Below the pieces are notes generated by a model. The model searched no databases, was not told the DNA's origin, and saw nothing but the letters and a program-made list of their open reading frames with translations. Shown one piece after another: positions 1 to 14,100 of a stretch of 64,000 nt of DNA. Numbering within the stretch: the stretch's first letter is position 1; every line of letters starts with the position of its first letter. The translations under genes and the position numbers were made by a program. Source of the DNA: Tubulanus polymorphus (taxonomy: Eukaryota; Animalia; Nemertea); the NCBI RefSeq assembly GCF_964204645.1, contig NC_134034.1:6608914-6672913 (forward strand), in the 5' to 3' direction.

Positions 1-835
1 CCACACCTGCTGGGTGCGAAACAGGGGGTTTGATTTTGAAATCGGAAATCAAAGTACAGAAATAGTTGTGTTATCGGCGGTCGAGTTTACATATTTTTTT
101 TTTGTTGTTGTTTAAATCGAAGTACATGATTAAATTAAAGATTTTAGCGTATCCATCTAATCATTCACTCGGGTAATTCTGAATTCATTCCTGCCATTTT
201 ATTACCTACATTTTGTTGATAGAAATTTAAATGAGCAAAAATTAAAAAAAGACAATTCAAAATAACAAGGGGTCACGAGATTAGATGTCAATGGCAAACT
301 AGGGGTCCAGGGATAGTATGCCCACTTCTAACTCTATAGGGTAGATATACCATTATACTAAATTTCAAAGTAATCCATTGAAGCATGCCGAAAGCTTCAA
401 AATTTTGATTTCATCTATGGATGGACAGACGAACACATGAAAAGTAAGTGTAATATCCCTGAAGGCTACGCCCTGAAATGGGCTCCTTTCATATATTACA
501 AATATGAATAATAAAATTCTACATAATTTCCATTCATAGTTATTGTGGTATATTTGAGGCTTAATAAAATAGTTACCAAGGTATCTGACGCAAAAAAATT
601 ATATAGCATGTTGTGGATAACTTTTGGGCCTATAAAGTAAAAATGAATAATTTGGATATAAGTGAACTTGAGGTCAAGGTCACATAATCCAAGATGGCCG
701 CCATGAAAAAAATTCACGGAAAATAAGATAAGGGTGAGATGCCTTGCCAAACACTGATTATTTACTCACTCACCAATTTACTCAATTAACCTGTCCTCCT
801 CTGTATATATACCCGTTTTTAATCTTATCTCACAC

Positions 836-872
836 CTGACGATGATCTCTAGGGTGAGATCGAAACGTTGTC
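836..872 (+). ncRNA. Minimal hammerhead ribozyme-like core in a Penelope-like element end remnant
   Basis: CTGACGA-T-GATCTC/TAGGGT/GAGATC-GAAAC-GTTGTC; stem I not evident. Confidence 0.55.
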
Positions 873-1981
873 TTTTATATATTTTTGATTGAATAAATAA
901 ATTCTGGTTTTTAAATTCTTTTAATCTGTAAATAGTTGGATTTTATCTTAATATCCGTTCACCACGTTTGAGTGTGGTTATCGTTCACGGAAAAGTTTCA
1001 GATAAACTGCTCTGTCTTCCAGGAAAATGCACTGATCTATTCCATTTCAACTGAAATTGTATGCCATATATCCTTACTTTATGCAGTACAAATTTCAGAG
1101 CAATAAAACAACTCAAAAGTTTATTTTTCCACTCATTTACTCATTTTTCCACCGATTTGGCAGAAGGCCGAATGTAAGGGGTTTCATTGGGTGATAATTC
1201 AGGCCTCAGAAGATCGATACCTATGTATTTGACACTGATATGTTATGTACCATGGTTTTGCCAATTATTGGGTCTAAAAATTAGACAAATAGTTTGCATA
1301 TATGTGACCTTTAGGATGGACAGTTTCTGGTTCTTCATTATTGTTATTGGTATCCATTGCCATGACAACCGTTTCAGCAGGGTCTAAAAACTGTCACTGA
1401 TTTCATTTTCATCATCATCGAAATCATTGCCGACACTATACCTATTTTCTGACTAAGTCTCATCATCTGAACTACTGCTGTCATATTCGTTGTCACTCTC
1501 GTTATGTTCACTTCCAAATTCCAAGTCACCGGCATCACTGTCAGCATCATTTACAAGCTGTTGAACCGTTTCATCCAGCCAAATTGCTTTTTCCTGGCTA
1601 CTGCCATCTTGGATTTTATGCAGATGGCAGCACCGGCTGATATAGATAGATATGCCCTGCTAGGAGTAGGGTTAAGTGATACCATATCACATACGGTACG
1701 GGTATGCTAGCTTGCCTGTTTGTACCTTTTGTTATACGGTAGTGGTATTGTAAGGGGTAAGGGTGTAATTGTTTTCAACTACCTGAATGGCCGTTGGATC
1801 AGCTCACACCAATACCTATCAGCTTGTAAAAAATCACAAAAACAGTAACTTCCGAGTTAAATAGGGCTGTTACAGCTATAAATAATATAGTTAATTATTC
1901 CTCATCGATTCTTTGAGGTAATCTTTTTTTTCAAAATTGTTTCCTAAGCAAAGCCAATGATTCTTCGAATATTTTCAACAG

Positions 1982-2161
1982 GAATTTCGTTTTCTTCGTG
2001 AGCAATTGGAAATGGGCACTGAGAGCCCAATGTTGAACCACAAACCAGACCTAGAAAAATCTGAGCGAGTCAAATATTTCCAACAGTACCTTAATGGTGG
2101 CAATCCATTTGCTATACGACTTGATGAAGAGGAAAACGAAGATGTGATGGAAATAAATGGG
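1982..2161 (+). CDS. VPS50: VPS50 exon (EFRFLREQ...[22 protein letters not shown])
   Basis: cag|GAA acceptor, GGG|gtttgt donor, 60 codons, phase 0-0. Confidence 0.88.
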
Positions 2162-5100
2162 GTTTGTACTCTTAAATAGTTCTACTATTCAGCATGATAC
2201 GCATTTTCCGGTTAGGCCTACTTCATCACTATCATATTATGTAGTGTATAATGTAATGGTACATCAGAAGAGTCTGCTCATGCAGGCTATTGCATTCACT
2301 TATTTGTAAAGGTATTTACCCAAGACACATCTACCAGTATAACCGTAAATCAAGGTGGGCGATTGAATACTTTTATTCAATGTTTATGATTCACAAATGT
2401 TTGATATAATTGCCAAATTTTAGTAACTGATTGCTGGATTCACTTATTGTGTCACCTTCACTGAATACATTCAAGAAAAACTTACATCTTTATGTCATGT
2501 GACATTTTTACATTGTTTTCACATCTGCTCAGAATATTTTTCTTTCAGGAAGCTAATTTCAATGAATCTGGTTCAGAGTCAGACTCAGAAAATTATGCTG
2601 TTAGAGAAACAAGGTAATTATTCTATAATCATCTATATAATAAGAAGCGGTGTGGGTTGTAGCAATATATGATTCCATCAGAAACAACATGTCATTTATA
2701 CCTTTCATGTATATTAATTGGGTGAATGAACAATTTTTGTTGGTACATGTATATAGATTTTATCAATGACAACTAATTTCTCGACTCCATTAATGTTTTT
2801 TCACCAACCATGCGGCTAGGTTGTCCCATCATATGTTAGGTCAATAAGATCTCAATATTTTATTTGATTGTTTTAAATCTGATTCAAGGTCAAGTCGATC
2901 GTCTGAGAAACTAAATACCGATACTCCACTCATAACAAATACTACATTGACAGTTTTGAGATTATTTGGTAAGATTATATATGAATTTGTATCTAATATT
3001 TTATTACTGGGTATCTTCCCTCAGCAGGGATCCATGCCTGACGGCATTGCTCGGGTTATTCTATTAAGCAATTTTGCTTTAGCAATTATATTATGGGTGG
3101 TGCCACACATTTTTGTGCTGCTCAGGTACTTAGACCATCGTTATTAGTTGAATTACAGATCCGTTGCAAAATTTTTCCGATTCGGGTTATAAAAAGTAAA
3201 CTTTATTTTAATTTTTTTTCCTGCCACCCTCTTATTTTTAAGCATAGATATCGAAATGAAAACAAACAGTCATAATTTTTCCACTCTGCATCATCTTTTG
3301 ACATCACATGCAAAAAATTGGGGTTACATCGGGTGTCGTAATGGATATATTTGTCAGGTTTGTTCAGTAAATAGCAGGACTTGCAAAAATGGTGGCGTCA
3401 GTTATGGATTTAGGCAGTGAATAGACAGTATTCGGGTATCATTATCCCATAACACCTCCAAAATAGAGCTGATTAAGTTTAATTCAATCGAATCTCTTGC
3501 CTCGATGACTGAATTTGTAATGAATTCAATGGAGAAATTTTTTTTCTAATTTTTATTTTATTTCCTAACTCCGCAATTCTTTCTAGTCCATCAAATCCTG
3601 AATCCAACTTATTATGCAAAACAGCCTTAAGAACTTGCACATTGCTCATTGAACTTCTTTATGCGATATCAAATTACTCAAAATCATTATCAAATTTTTT
3701 TCTCGAATTCAATTTTTCTGCAATTCAAGGTTGTTTGGTCTCGAATTCAATTTTTCTGCAACTCAAGGTTGTTTGGTCTGACAATATGGCTAATTGGGCA
3801 GGGTTCGTACAGTTGACTCGTCTTGTTGCCATCGGGTTTGAATTTCTGCAAAGTACTAGGCCTTTATGGTTTTGAGCGTATTTTGATACTTTGCACTAGT
3901 GCTGTTACTAATAGACTGATGAGTCGATCAATATATCTAAAAAAGATGTTGATATTGCAGGTAAATACATGCAGATGATGAATGTTCTGAAACCAATTGC
4001 GTTTGATGTATTAATTTGCATGACTCAGCTGTTTGATTACTATATTTATGCAGTAAGTATCCATTTTGTAAAGGCTCTAATGAATATATGCTTAAGGTTC
4101 ATTTACATATTTTTGACATTTTGGCTAAGTTTTTTATGGACATTCGTGTTTTCTCTCAGATTAAATAGGTCCAACCTTCCGAGTAGATTTGGGAATTTCA
4201 TTCTGTGTTTTGATTGATAGGAAATGAATGGATCTCATTTGAATCAGTTTTTCTCACGACTCACCATACCAATGATTGTGGTGAACAAATATATTTGCGA
4301 CGTAAAAATACGTCATGCATGCTGAGAGGTCATTATTTTGCGACGTAAATATATTTCACCAATGGTAACGAAGAGGTTGATTAGAAATAAGAAGATAAAT
4401 TAGTGAAGTTTTATGGATGGGTTACCCTAGTGACCGTGAGTGACTGATTGGATTTCGGGTCCTGTAGGTCAAAGGTCAAGGTCAACGGAAGCTCTTGTAT
4501 TTTTCATTTCCGGGCTCTAACTCATGGTTTTAGGTCACTAAGTGCAATTTTAATGGATTAGTTATCCTAGAGACTGTGGGTAACTCATTAGATTTCGGGT
4601 CCTCTACGTCAAAGGTCAAGGTTACTAGTAGCTGTTATGTATTTTCATTACCTGCCTTCATAAATGGGTCGACATAAACTCGGTGTATTTTAAACTCAGG
4701 CTCATCTGTGTGAGCATAAGTCGTCTTCAGCGACATTCTAGTTTTAAAGAATTATGAACTAACTCAACTAATAGATCTGCAAGAGTTAAGAAAGCAATTT
4801 TGTTTGTTTCAGGTATACAGCTTTTTTGCTCTAGACCAAACTGAGCAAACCGAAGCGTCAATGAGCAACCAGCTACTAACAACACTTAAACGTATTCGCT
4901 CCAGTTTAATTCTTGAAGAAACAATTCCTGGTTGTGAGGCAAACATTGATGAAGTGAGGGTAAGATTTTTGGAGATGAGAACAATTTTTCTGAACTATGA
5001 ATGATCTTGTCAACAATAATTGATACAAGATCTGGCTTCGAAAGTAGGAGAATCAGATCGACAGCAGACCTGCTTACCCCTATGGGATTTCTGTATTTGC

Positions 5101-8100
5101 TACGGATTTTAATTGCTAAATACGGAAGTACAGATGTTCCGTAAAAACTACGGGTTTCCTTTCGTTCTTTTCAAAATACGGATTTGTTTTATCTTCCTGT
5201 ATCAAATTTGGCTATAGTATATCATCACATCTGTGAATAGGGTTATGAACTTTAAAAAACGGGAGTATGGGTTCGTTTACTTCTACTGCTCGTAAATCGG
5301 GTCAGAGTATTGATTAGCCCTGAATTATGGCAATGGCGTACACGTGCGTCCATCTATTCTTTCACTACATTGCTGCTATTTGTGAACAATATAATCTCTT
5401 TACACATGCTATAGAGACAGTCACTCATGACAGCATACCAATGCTCACATTGGCACGCGCGTTTTGATTACGTTTTCATGCAGTGTTTGAATGAAAAGTT
5501 TTTAAAATAGATAAACTTTCAATCAATATTTTATCGTGACCTGAAAAATACCAACTAGTAGACAAGTACGAATAAATGTTGAGATAAATATTTCTTCAGG
5601 TGGTAAAACCTGGGGTTAAAGACTCATTAACTCAACAGTGGTTTTTACTGTATTTCGTGTGGCCAGGCTTTTTTATTTTGATGGTAGGTTTAATGTCGAT
5701 GGCGAAATAAAAATAAAAATGAAATTGTTTTTTGTATTTTTTTTTTTAATGATTAGTTTTCTGACTTAATTTGATAGATATTTTCACCCTTGGGGAAAAC
5801 CCACTACTCAACCTTTCATCACCTGATAGTTGAACATACTGTCTGTTAATTAAGAACACTAGAGATTTTCTATCCTTCCGATTCTCATTCGGTTCTCATT
5901 GACCGGAGGAACAATGAAAAATTTAAAAAGTAAATATTCAATTTTATTTTTTTTTGAACTACTGATACTCTAAAGGAAACTACTGATTTTATGATATAAA
6001 ACTACTGATGCTTAATTGGAAACTACTGACAGACAAATATTCATTAAAACTACTGATATGAGCTTATTTTTACTGAGATAAATATGCAATACTACTGATG
6101 TTGAAATTTTGGGGTAAGCAGGTCTGCTACAGCAAAAGCATTTCAAAATGCTGTGGGTTGTTAAACCAAAGACCATCAGCATTTTAGAATATCAATTCGC
6201 CTCCATAATTTAGAAAACCCACGGCAAAAGTTACCTCAATAAATAAATGTACAGAAGAATTTATCATAAATATAAAAAAATAGAAATGAATTCACAATAG
6301 AAATATAGCTGCGAAGTACGATAACGAGTTTCTGCCTTACTGGTTTGCACAAGGAAGCGTACAAAGATTTCATCAAAATCCTGATCAGTTAATAACATAC
6401 GGCTATTTTGATGGAGCGAAACCTACTGGTCAACAGATATATCCTTGGATATGTGGATTCATAAGGGCTACCATGTAGAAAATACTGATGTACCAAGTTT
6501 AATCGAAATGGCTTTGACCGAAGATATGGTGCTTTCATTGTCCTCTGGTGGTGGTTGCATGGACTAATCATAATCATTGGCATATTTCACATATGTTAAT
6601 GTACTTATACCAGGTTTCGTGCAGTGATTGTCCCCCGCGTGGCATAGGCCGCGAGCCGGGGACTTGGTATCCGCCTACGTCCTGTTATATCTTAAGATTG
6701 TTCCGATTGAATGCCAGCATAGAAAATACAAAGACGAAGACGCCATGTCGGAGACACAGACTGATTTCTTTATTTGCCATAGGTGGCAGCACTTGATAGT
6801 ACATAATAATATATAACACGTCCGTCCGTCCGTCCGCATGATCTTGTGAACCCGATTCAAGAAGAACCGTTGATCGCAGGACTATGATATTACACAGTAT
6901 GATTACCCCTAGGGAGAGGATTAGCCCTATTGATTTTGGGGGCCAAGGACCAAAGGTCAAGGTCACTACAGGTCATTCATGTAAAACCTTGTGAACGTGA
7001 TTCAAGAAGAACCGTTGATAGCAGGACCATGATATTACGTAGTATGATTACCACTAGGGAGAGGATGTGCCCTATTGATTCTGGGCTCCAAGGATCAAAG
7101 GTCAAGGTCACTTCAGGTCATTCATGTGAAACGTTGTGTGAATGTGATTCAGAAAGAACTGTTGATAGCAATACAATGATATTACATCCCATGATTACCC
7201 CTAGCGAGAGGATGTGCCCTATTGATTTTAGGGAAAAAGGTCAAGGTCACTAGATATCATTCATATGAAACCTTGTAAACACGATCCAAGAAGAACCATT
7301 GATAACAGAACAATGCTATTTCATAGTATGATTACCCCTGGGGAGAGGATGTGCATTAGTGATTTTGGAGTTCTAGGGTCAAAGGTCAAGGTTGGTAGAT
7401 GTCTTTTACCCTAAAACCCTGTAAACTCAATTCTTAAATAGCCATTCATAGCAGGAAAATGGTATTTCATGGTATGGTTATCCCTGGATACACTCATCAT
7501 TTTTCTATACCAAAGATTAGTGTCTTCAGGGGTCATTCATTCCCTACTGGCTATCGCGGGGGACATAGATACGTAGTATCGAATTGCCTTGTTCAGCTTT
7601 GAAACCGCACTTTACCACGTATACTCAGTAAATATTATTTTAGATTTCAACCGAGTTGATGCGCTGTACAAAGTAACAGAGATAAGAATTTATCACTATG
7701 TTTATTCGAATAATGAAATGAATTATAAATTGAATTGATCCTGGTACTGGGCCACTGTTGATACTGGATTTGGACTACTAAATCCATGGTAAAAAAAACA
7801 ACCATGATGGGCAGCAAACTTATTAGTGTTTCTACAAGTGAAAGTTAATGTAGACTTATAAACTGAGCAGTCACTCTCAGTTATTGGAATCAAATACAAC
7901 GCGTATTCTCTGCACTAGTATTTGGTGAGTAGAGATGGCCTCTTCAAAATTCTTCCACTCATTGGATGTCCACCAAAGCTCCTTGAAATTGTGCGCTCCT
8001 TCCACGAAGGCATGTTGAGTACTGTCCAATTCGGTGGAGACACATCAAAAGAATTTGAGGTTAAGAGTGGAGTCAAGCAAGGATGCGTACTTGCCCCAAC

Positions 8101-11100
8101 CCTTTTTGGGATTTACTTCTCCGTCCTCCTCAACCATGCTTTCAAGTCTTCTGATGATGGGGTTTACTTGCATACAAGATCTGATGGTCGTCTTTTCAAT
8201 CTCTCTCGATTATGTGCCAAGTCCAAGGTCAGGAGGGTTCTCATCAGAGACCTGTTGTTCGCTGATGATGCTGCTCTGGCGTCTCTTAGCCAAGAAGGCC
8301 TCCAGAGATTAATGGACAGGTTCTCCGAGGCGTGCGCACTATTTGGCCTCACCATTAGCATAAAGAAAACTCAGGTCATGGGTCAGTACACTGTTGCCCC
8401 ACCTCGCATCTTGATTGAAGGCAGAGAGCTCGAAATAGTTCATCACTTCCAGTATCTAGGATCAACGATCTCTGATACCCTGCAACTTGATGTCGAAATA
8501 AACAAGCGTATCGGGAAAGCTGCCACAACCTTTGGTATGCTCTCAAAAAGAGTGTGGTCAAACAAGTACCTCTCGGTTGCAACGAAAATAAACGTTTATT
8601 CAGCTTGCGTGATAAGCTCCCTCCTGTATGGCAGTGAATCGTGGACAATGTATGCCGCCCATGAACGCAAACTACAGGTGTTTCACATGCGCTGTCTGCG
8701 TAGAATCCTAGGTATTAAATGGCAAGACAAAGTAACAAACAGTGACATACTGTCCAGAACTGGTATGTGCACTATGTACTCCCTGCTTCGGCAAAGGCGG
8801 TTGCGCTGGCTTGGCCACGTACACAGAATGCAGGATGGGCGGATCCCCAAGGATCTTGTATATTGGGAACTCGCAGGTGGAAAGAGGTCAAAAGGCCGCC
8901 CACATCTACGCTTCAAGGATACATGCAAGAGAGACATGGAGGCATGCTCCATAAATCAGGAAACGTGGGAGGCTTCAGCGGTGGATAGGTCACAGTGGAG
9001 ACGTCAAGTCACGCTGGGACTTAAAAACTTTGAACAGGACTTTTGTGCTAAAGCCACTCTGAGGCGAGCTCAGAGACACGCTAGGATTTAAACTGATCTC
9101 TCTGCGGCGCTGTTTATCCATGGTCGAAAGACTGAAGGAGCCAATGATCATGATGATCAGTATTTGCTGAACCTGGTTTGCATTGTATGCTTGTTCTCAA
9201 ATCCACTTTTCATCACAAGCAAATTGTCAGTAGATTTCTTGGTTACAACAGTTTTTAGGATTGCTCTCGGTAGCAGTTCCCGAGTTTCAATTTCAATCAA
9301 ATCCAAAAAGGCCAACAAGGAACTATCCAATCTAGTCATTGCAAACCTATCACAGTGTTATATCCATCATGTTGAAACACTCCACTCCAATTTGAATTTC
9401 CTATCGTATTGGCGAAACACGTAACTTTTGGAGGGTTACCGAGATTCTACCTGGTCTGCACATGCGGAACAAAAAATACAAAATGATAGAGTATATAAGC
9501 CTTCTCAAACAAGGTGTCAACTGAAAAGGAATATTTTTGTAAATAAAATCTTTGTTCAGTTGATAAAACCATCTTAATTCTATTGATCGTCACGTTACCT
9601 ACGACGATATTAAAATTTTCAATCAATTTTTTTCTGATTAATTGGCCCTGTAGGCTATTTGAAAGATCATTAGGCTCATTACATTTTTAAACTAGGAGAT
9701 AATTGACGTCCAATCTGATAGGCACTATGCACATTGAGGAATTGTAAAATGTATACAGCTGTGCACATATCAGAGTCGAGTTTGGTAAAATCCGTACAAA
9801 AAATGTAATCTACATACAGCCAAGTATGCAGGCCTTCACCCTACATACTGAATTCAGATTTCTAAGCCTGTGAACACAAGCATTACTAGCTCAACCAAAA
9901 ATGATGGATCAGGCCTGGGCCAAAATCAGGCATGGGTATATTAATTGCGTGTGAATGTTAACTGGTTTCGAACGTGACTCCACAGGCAAGGATCCAGGAA
10001 GAAAGACACTAAATATTTGGATGGATATATGAAAGCTGTAGGTATTGGGGTGTGTAATGGGTAGTGTAGTGTGATCTGTGTGCACACAGATCACATTGTT
10101 CATTGGGGTTTGGTCCAGGACTCGCGAGATTTTCAACAACACGGAAGTAACGTGTAATAAATGATGACTTCAATTGCATAACTACCTACCACCCCTCATT
10201 ATTGTTGAAAAACTAAACGTTCCGCACTGACTAAAAATTAGTAATAGAATTTTAGAAATGGCCAGAATTTTAACTTAGGTTCTATCTCATTTTTATTTTA
10301 CAATTGCGATTGGTAAAATCTTTTTTTAAACGGCCGTTAAGGCTTCATGTTTCGTCTGCAATTCACTGCAAATAATTACGCAACTACGCACATTTCAGTG
10401 TTTTTGGCAGCTGTACACTCAATCGGCACCGTTCGTGACTAGCTTCCCTGCGGAGTTATCATTAATTAACATCGCCATATCACATCATCAACTTATATTG
10501 TGCCTTAAAACCCTAACAGCCGAAATAATTGAAATGCACACACGATTTCTATCATTGAAAATTGAGAGAGTGGTCGTGTTTGTGTTCTGCTGCTTCGCGT
10601 AAATACCGCGCGGTGTGGAGCCAATACGTCCAGGGCCATTCAGTGACTACAGCACAGTGAAAAAAGGGCACCAACATTTGAAAAGGGCCAGTATTAATGC
10701 CCAGCGAGTGAGTCTGAGTGTCATTAATTGGTATCATGCCACTAAATTTGCCTTCACAATCAATTTGCTTGGGCCTTTTTTAGATTTTTGGCAAAATTTT
10801 CCCTTTTTCGATTAAAATTATAGAGCAACAATAATGTCCCTTTTGGGAATAGTGCCCTTTTCAGCTAAGGACAGTGTCTTAGATTGCTATTTTTGATTTT
10901 GGGCAATTTATTTACATTCTCATTTTGCTTTAGGCCTAGTACCGAAAGGCAATTCATGTTAATGGCGCACAAATTGTCTGCCGTTTTATTTACTTATTTC
11001 CCAAAACAAAATTTTTCAAGGGCATTTGAAAACAGCGACTACCGCATGTGCTGCATGTGCGACAGTCTGGATCTGCGCCTGCTCCATCACTTTGTCACAG

Positions 11101-14100
11101 CATTTTTTTCATAGTATTTGTATCTAGTGAGTGGTTTGTTTTGATGCGCTCTCTAACTAGGCATGGCTGAATTAGATTTGGCTCTGATCCGGGCTAAATG
11201 GAATGGGGCCAGATCCTCTGTGTGATCACAGCTTCAGTAGGTTCTGAAGGGTGCGTATAAGTTCGTAGTGTCATGACAAAATAAATAACATGGAACAGGC
11301 AAATATGGAAGACTGACTGAATGCGCATGGAAGATGGGTGATCATGGGATAAGTCCGGGCCCATAATCATGGAAATGATTTGAAGATCTGATCTTAAAGC
11401 ATTTGAATTATGAAATAGATTGAAACACAAATCTTTAGATCTTTTATAATTCGTGAAGCTGCTGTGTCAAGCCCAAAGGGCTCTTGTATTGGTAATTGGT
11501 ATAAAACGATCACTAGTATTGTCTATATGTTATACTGGAACCTTGTGTCATATCAAGGAAATTAATTAATCAACAAACACATTGACGATGTCCTCCTGAT
11601 TGCTTGTTTTCTGAGATGTGATCCTGAAAAGCTAACGTTGACTTTCACGTGGGGTACATGAAAAAATCTGTAAACTCTTAGGCAAAATTCTTGGTCAACT
11701 TTTACATGAAGTGGACTATTACATGAGTGTATACAGCTGTACATCGCTTCACTTTCATCAAAAATTGTGTATGGTACCATCTTTCCTTTTCAGGATAAAG
11801 TGGCACACCCACATCTCTCCCCAACTGTTGATCTGAATAGTTCTGCTGTGCTGTACGGATTGGCGGAAAGAGTTGTTGCAGTTGAGTCATTGTAAGTAAC
11901 TTTTCCTAAAAAAGGTACCTTTTTTCTCATGGCCGGCCACAACATAAAATCAGTGAAAAAATGAGGTGAAATCAGTAGGCAAAGATTTCAAAAAATCCGC
12001 CTTGCAGGCACTGTTGCCTTCAGAAGTGATCCTCCAGGGCTAATTTTACTTAACGAAATAGTTGTAGGAGCAGCAGTGGCAGCGGCAGCAGCTGCAGCAG
12101 CCAGATGCATATATGGGCCATCTGGCCCATTCATTCTTAAATATCGCGTGATTGTAGTATATAAGTACAAAGAAGGATTCCAAAAGTCACATTCTATTTC
12201 ATGCACAAAGTTTTCTAAAATCCCCCTTCACCCCTACGTGCGTACGTACTTTATCCGGGTTCGTAGCGGGTCTTCCCAGTCGGTATTTATTTGTATATTT
12301 AAGAAAAAAAAATCATAGCCAGTTTTGGTTTTGATTTCTATGAAAAACAAAACAAAAAGTTTGTATATGTTTGTATATTTTTACATTTGCTGGATGGATG
12401 GATCCTGACTTGTGAAATTGCGGTCAATCTGATACTGTGTTGCTGATACATTTGTATATACGCGCGTCTATAGGTTACAGTATATGTTTTCGGTTACGAA
12501 AATAGGTTACAGTATATGGCTCTGTGAGCCAGAAATCACCTGAGTGAGTCTATTCTAGCACAGTGACTCAGCAATGATAGTATACACGGCACTCTCACAC
12601 ATCTGCAGGTGCATATTGTCAGCCTCATACATCGTCAATTAAGACAAACTAATTGACAAATTGAGTGAAGAATTAAAATCTCTTGATGAAGGGCCTCAGC
12701 TTATTGGGCGAAGCTTTATGAAATCCATTTATTTGAGGCTAAACAACTGCCCTCGGCTTATTGCCCAAGTCGGCTTAATCGCCGGAAAATATGGGTAGTT
12801 GTGTTGTCATGAACTTTATGGGACTCAAGTTTTGGCGTGACAGTTGTTGATGGTTTGCACATTTGATTAAAAAAGTATTGATTTTCACTTTTCAAAGGTG
12901 ATGATAAGTCTTGGTTGCTGAGGTCACGAGCAAGGATGAAATATATTCCTGCGATGAAGTCTGTTATGAACAAATATATGTAATATAAACAATATTGTTA
13001 CTGAACTAACCTGTGACAGAATAGAACTCTGGTGATATATCAGCACCAGTTTATTGTACGGCAACTAAATGTAAACTGTGGAAATTGTTGCGAAAAATGA
13101 CAGATGGCGCCACAGGCTAGACATTCGTCACTTGTAGATAATTATAAAAGACTGGCTACCACATTGAGTAGATTCTGAGTAATACAAAGTTAATTGAAGG
13201 CACTAGTTTTACCCAAAAATCGTTTCAGTATAGTACAATGCAAAAAGGCCAGTACTTAAAAGGTTAATTTTTCAAATAAATGGGATGATTGTATTTATGA
13301 AAATCGGTTATGTGAATGCATTCGAGTTATCTACATACCAGAGGCATGTTGGCCATTAATGGGTTGAAGTTGCAGTGGAAAATGTCTTGTAAATTTAATG
13401 ATGAATGGTTGGTTCTTGCAGCAGCTTGAATTTTATTGGTTTATCTAAAGATACGTAGGTCAATATTTCTGTTTAGGTTGTTTTGGGTGTTAGCGTGGTT
13501 AAGTATTTAACCCAAAGGACGCTTGATTAAGTACACTTATGTTAACAAACATCTATAAGGAATAAACTACTAAGGGATCATTCATTTATTACGTACGCAT
13601 AATATTTCACTTTTTCAGCTCCCCCCCCCCCCTATACGCAAAATCAGCCATTTTTTCATATACATTAAGCATTACAGTACGCAATTGCACTTACCCCTCC
13701 CCTCCCCTAATGTGTACGTAATAAATGAATGATCCCTAAGGGCTTTCATATAGGCTGAATATGATTTGCAAACAAAAAAATAACATTTAATAAAACGAGA
13801 TTCTACAGTGAAGTTAGAATCACAGTTTCCTATAGGCCTACAGCCCCAAAAGTAAAGCCCTTAAGGAGCTACATGTAATTTTGTAATATTATTCATAGCC
13901 CTTCAGCAGCATCAAACATGGCTCCCACACTACCGTGAAAACGTGAAAAACTTCTATTGGTGGAGTGCCTCATTTCGTTTTCAGTGTTTTTTTATCATGT
14001 GTCTAGTGGATTCATGTTTTCAAAGGTAGGTTTAATACTATATATGATCAGCTTCTGAGGGTATTTGTTTTAATGAGGTAAATTGCTGAGGTAAATTATT

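Noticed and set aside
6930-7253. 107-aa repetitive ORF
   Set aside because: It is a translation of the ~144-bp tandem repeat of a non-coding element.
11988-12318. Poly-Ala ORFs
   Set aside because: They arise from a short (GCA)n-like microsatellite in an intron.
12680-12720. Additional hammerhead-like motif (ttgatgaagggcc...gggcgaagctt)
   Set aside because: The CTGANGA and GAAA cores are both imperfect.
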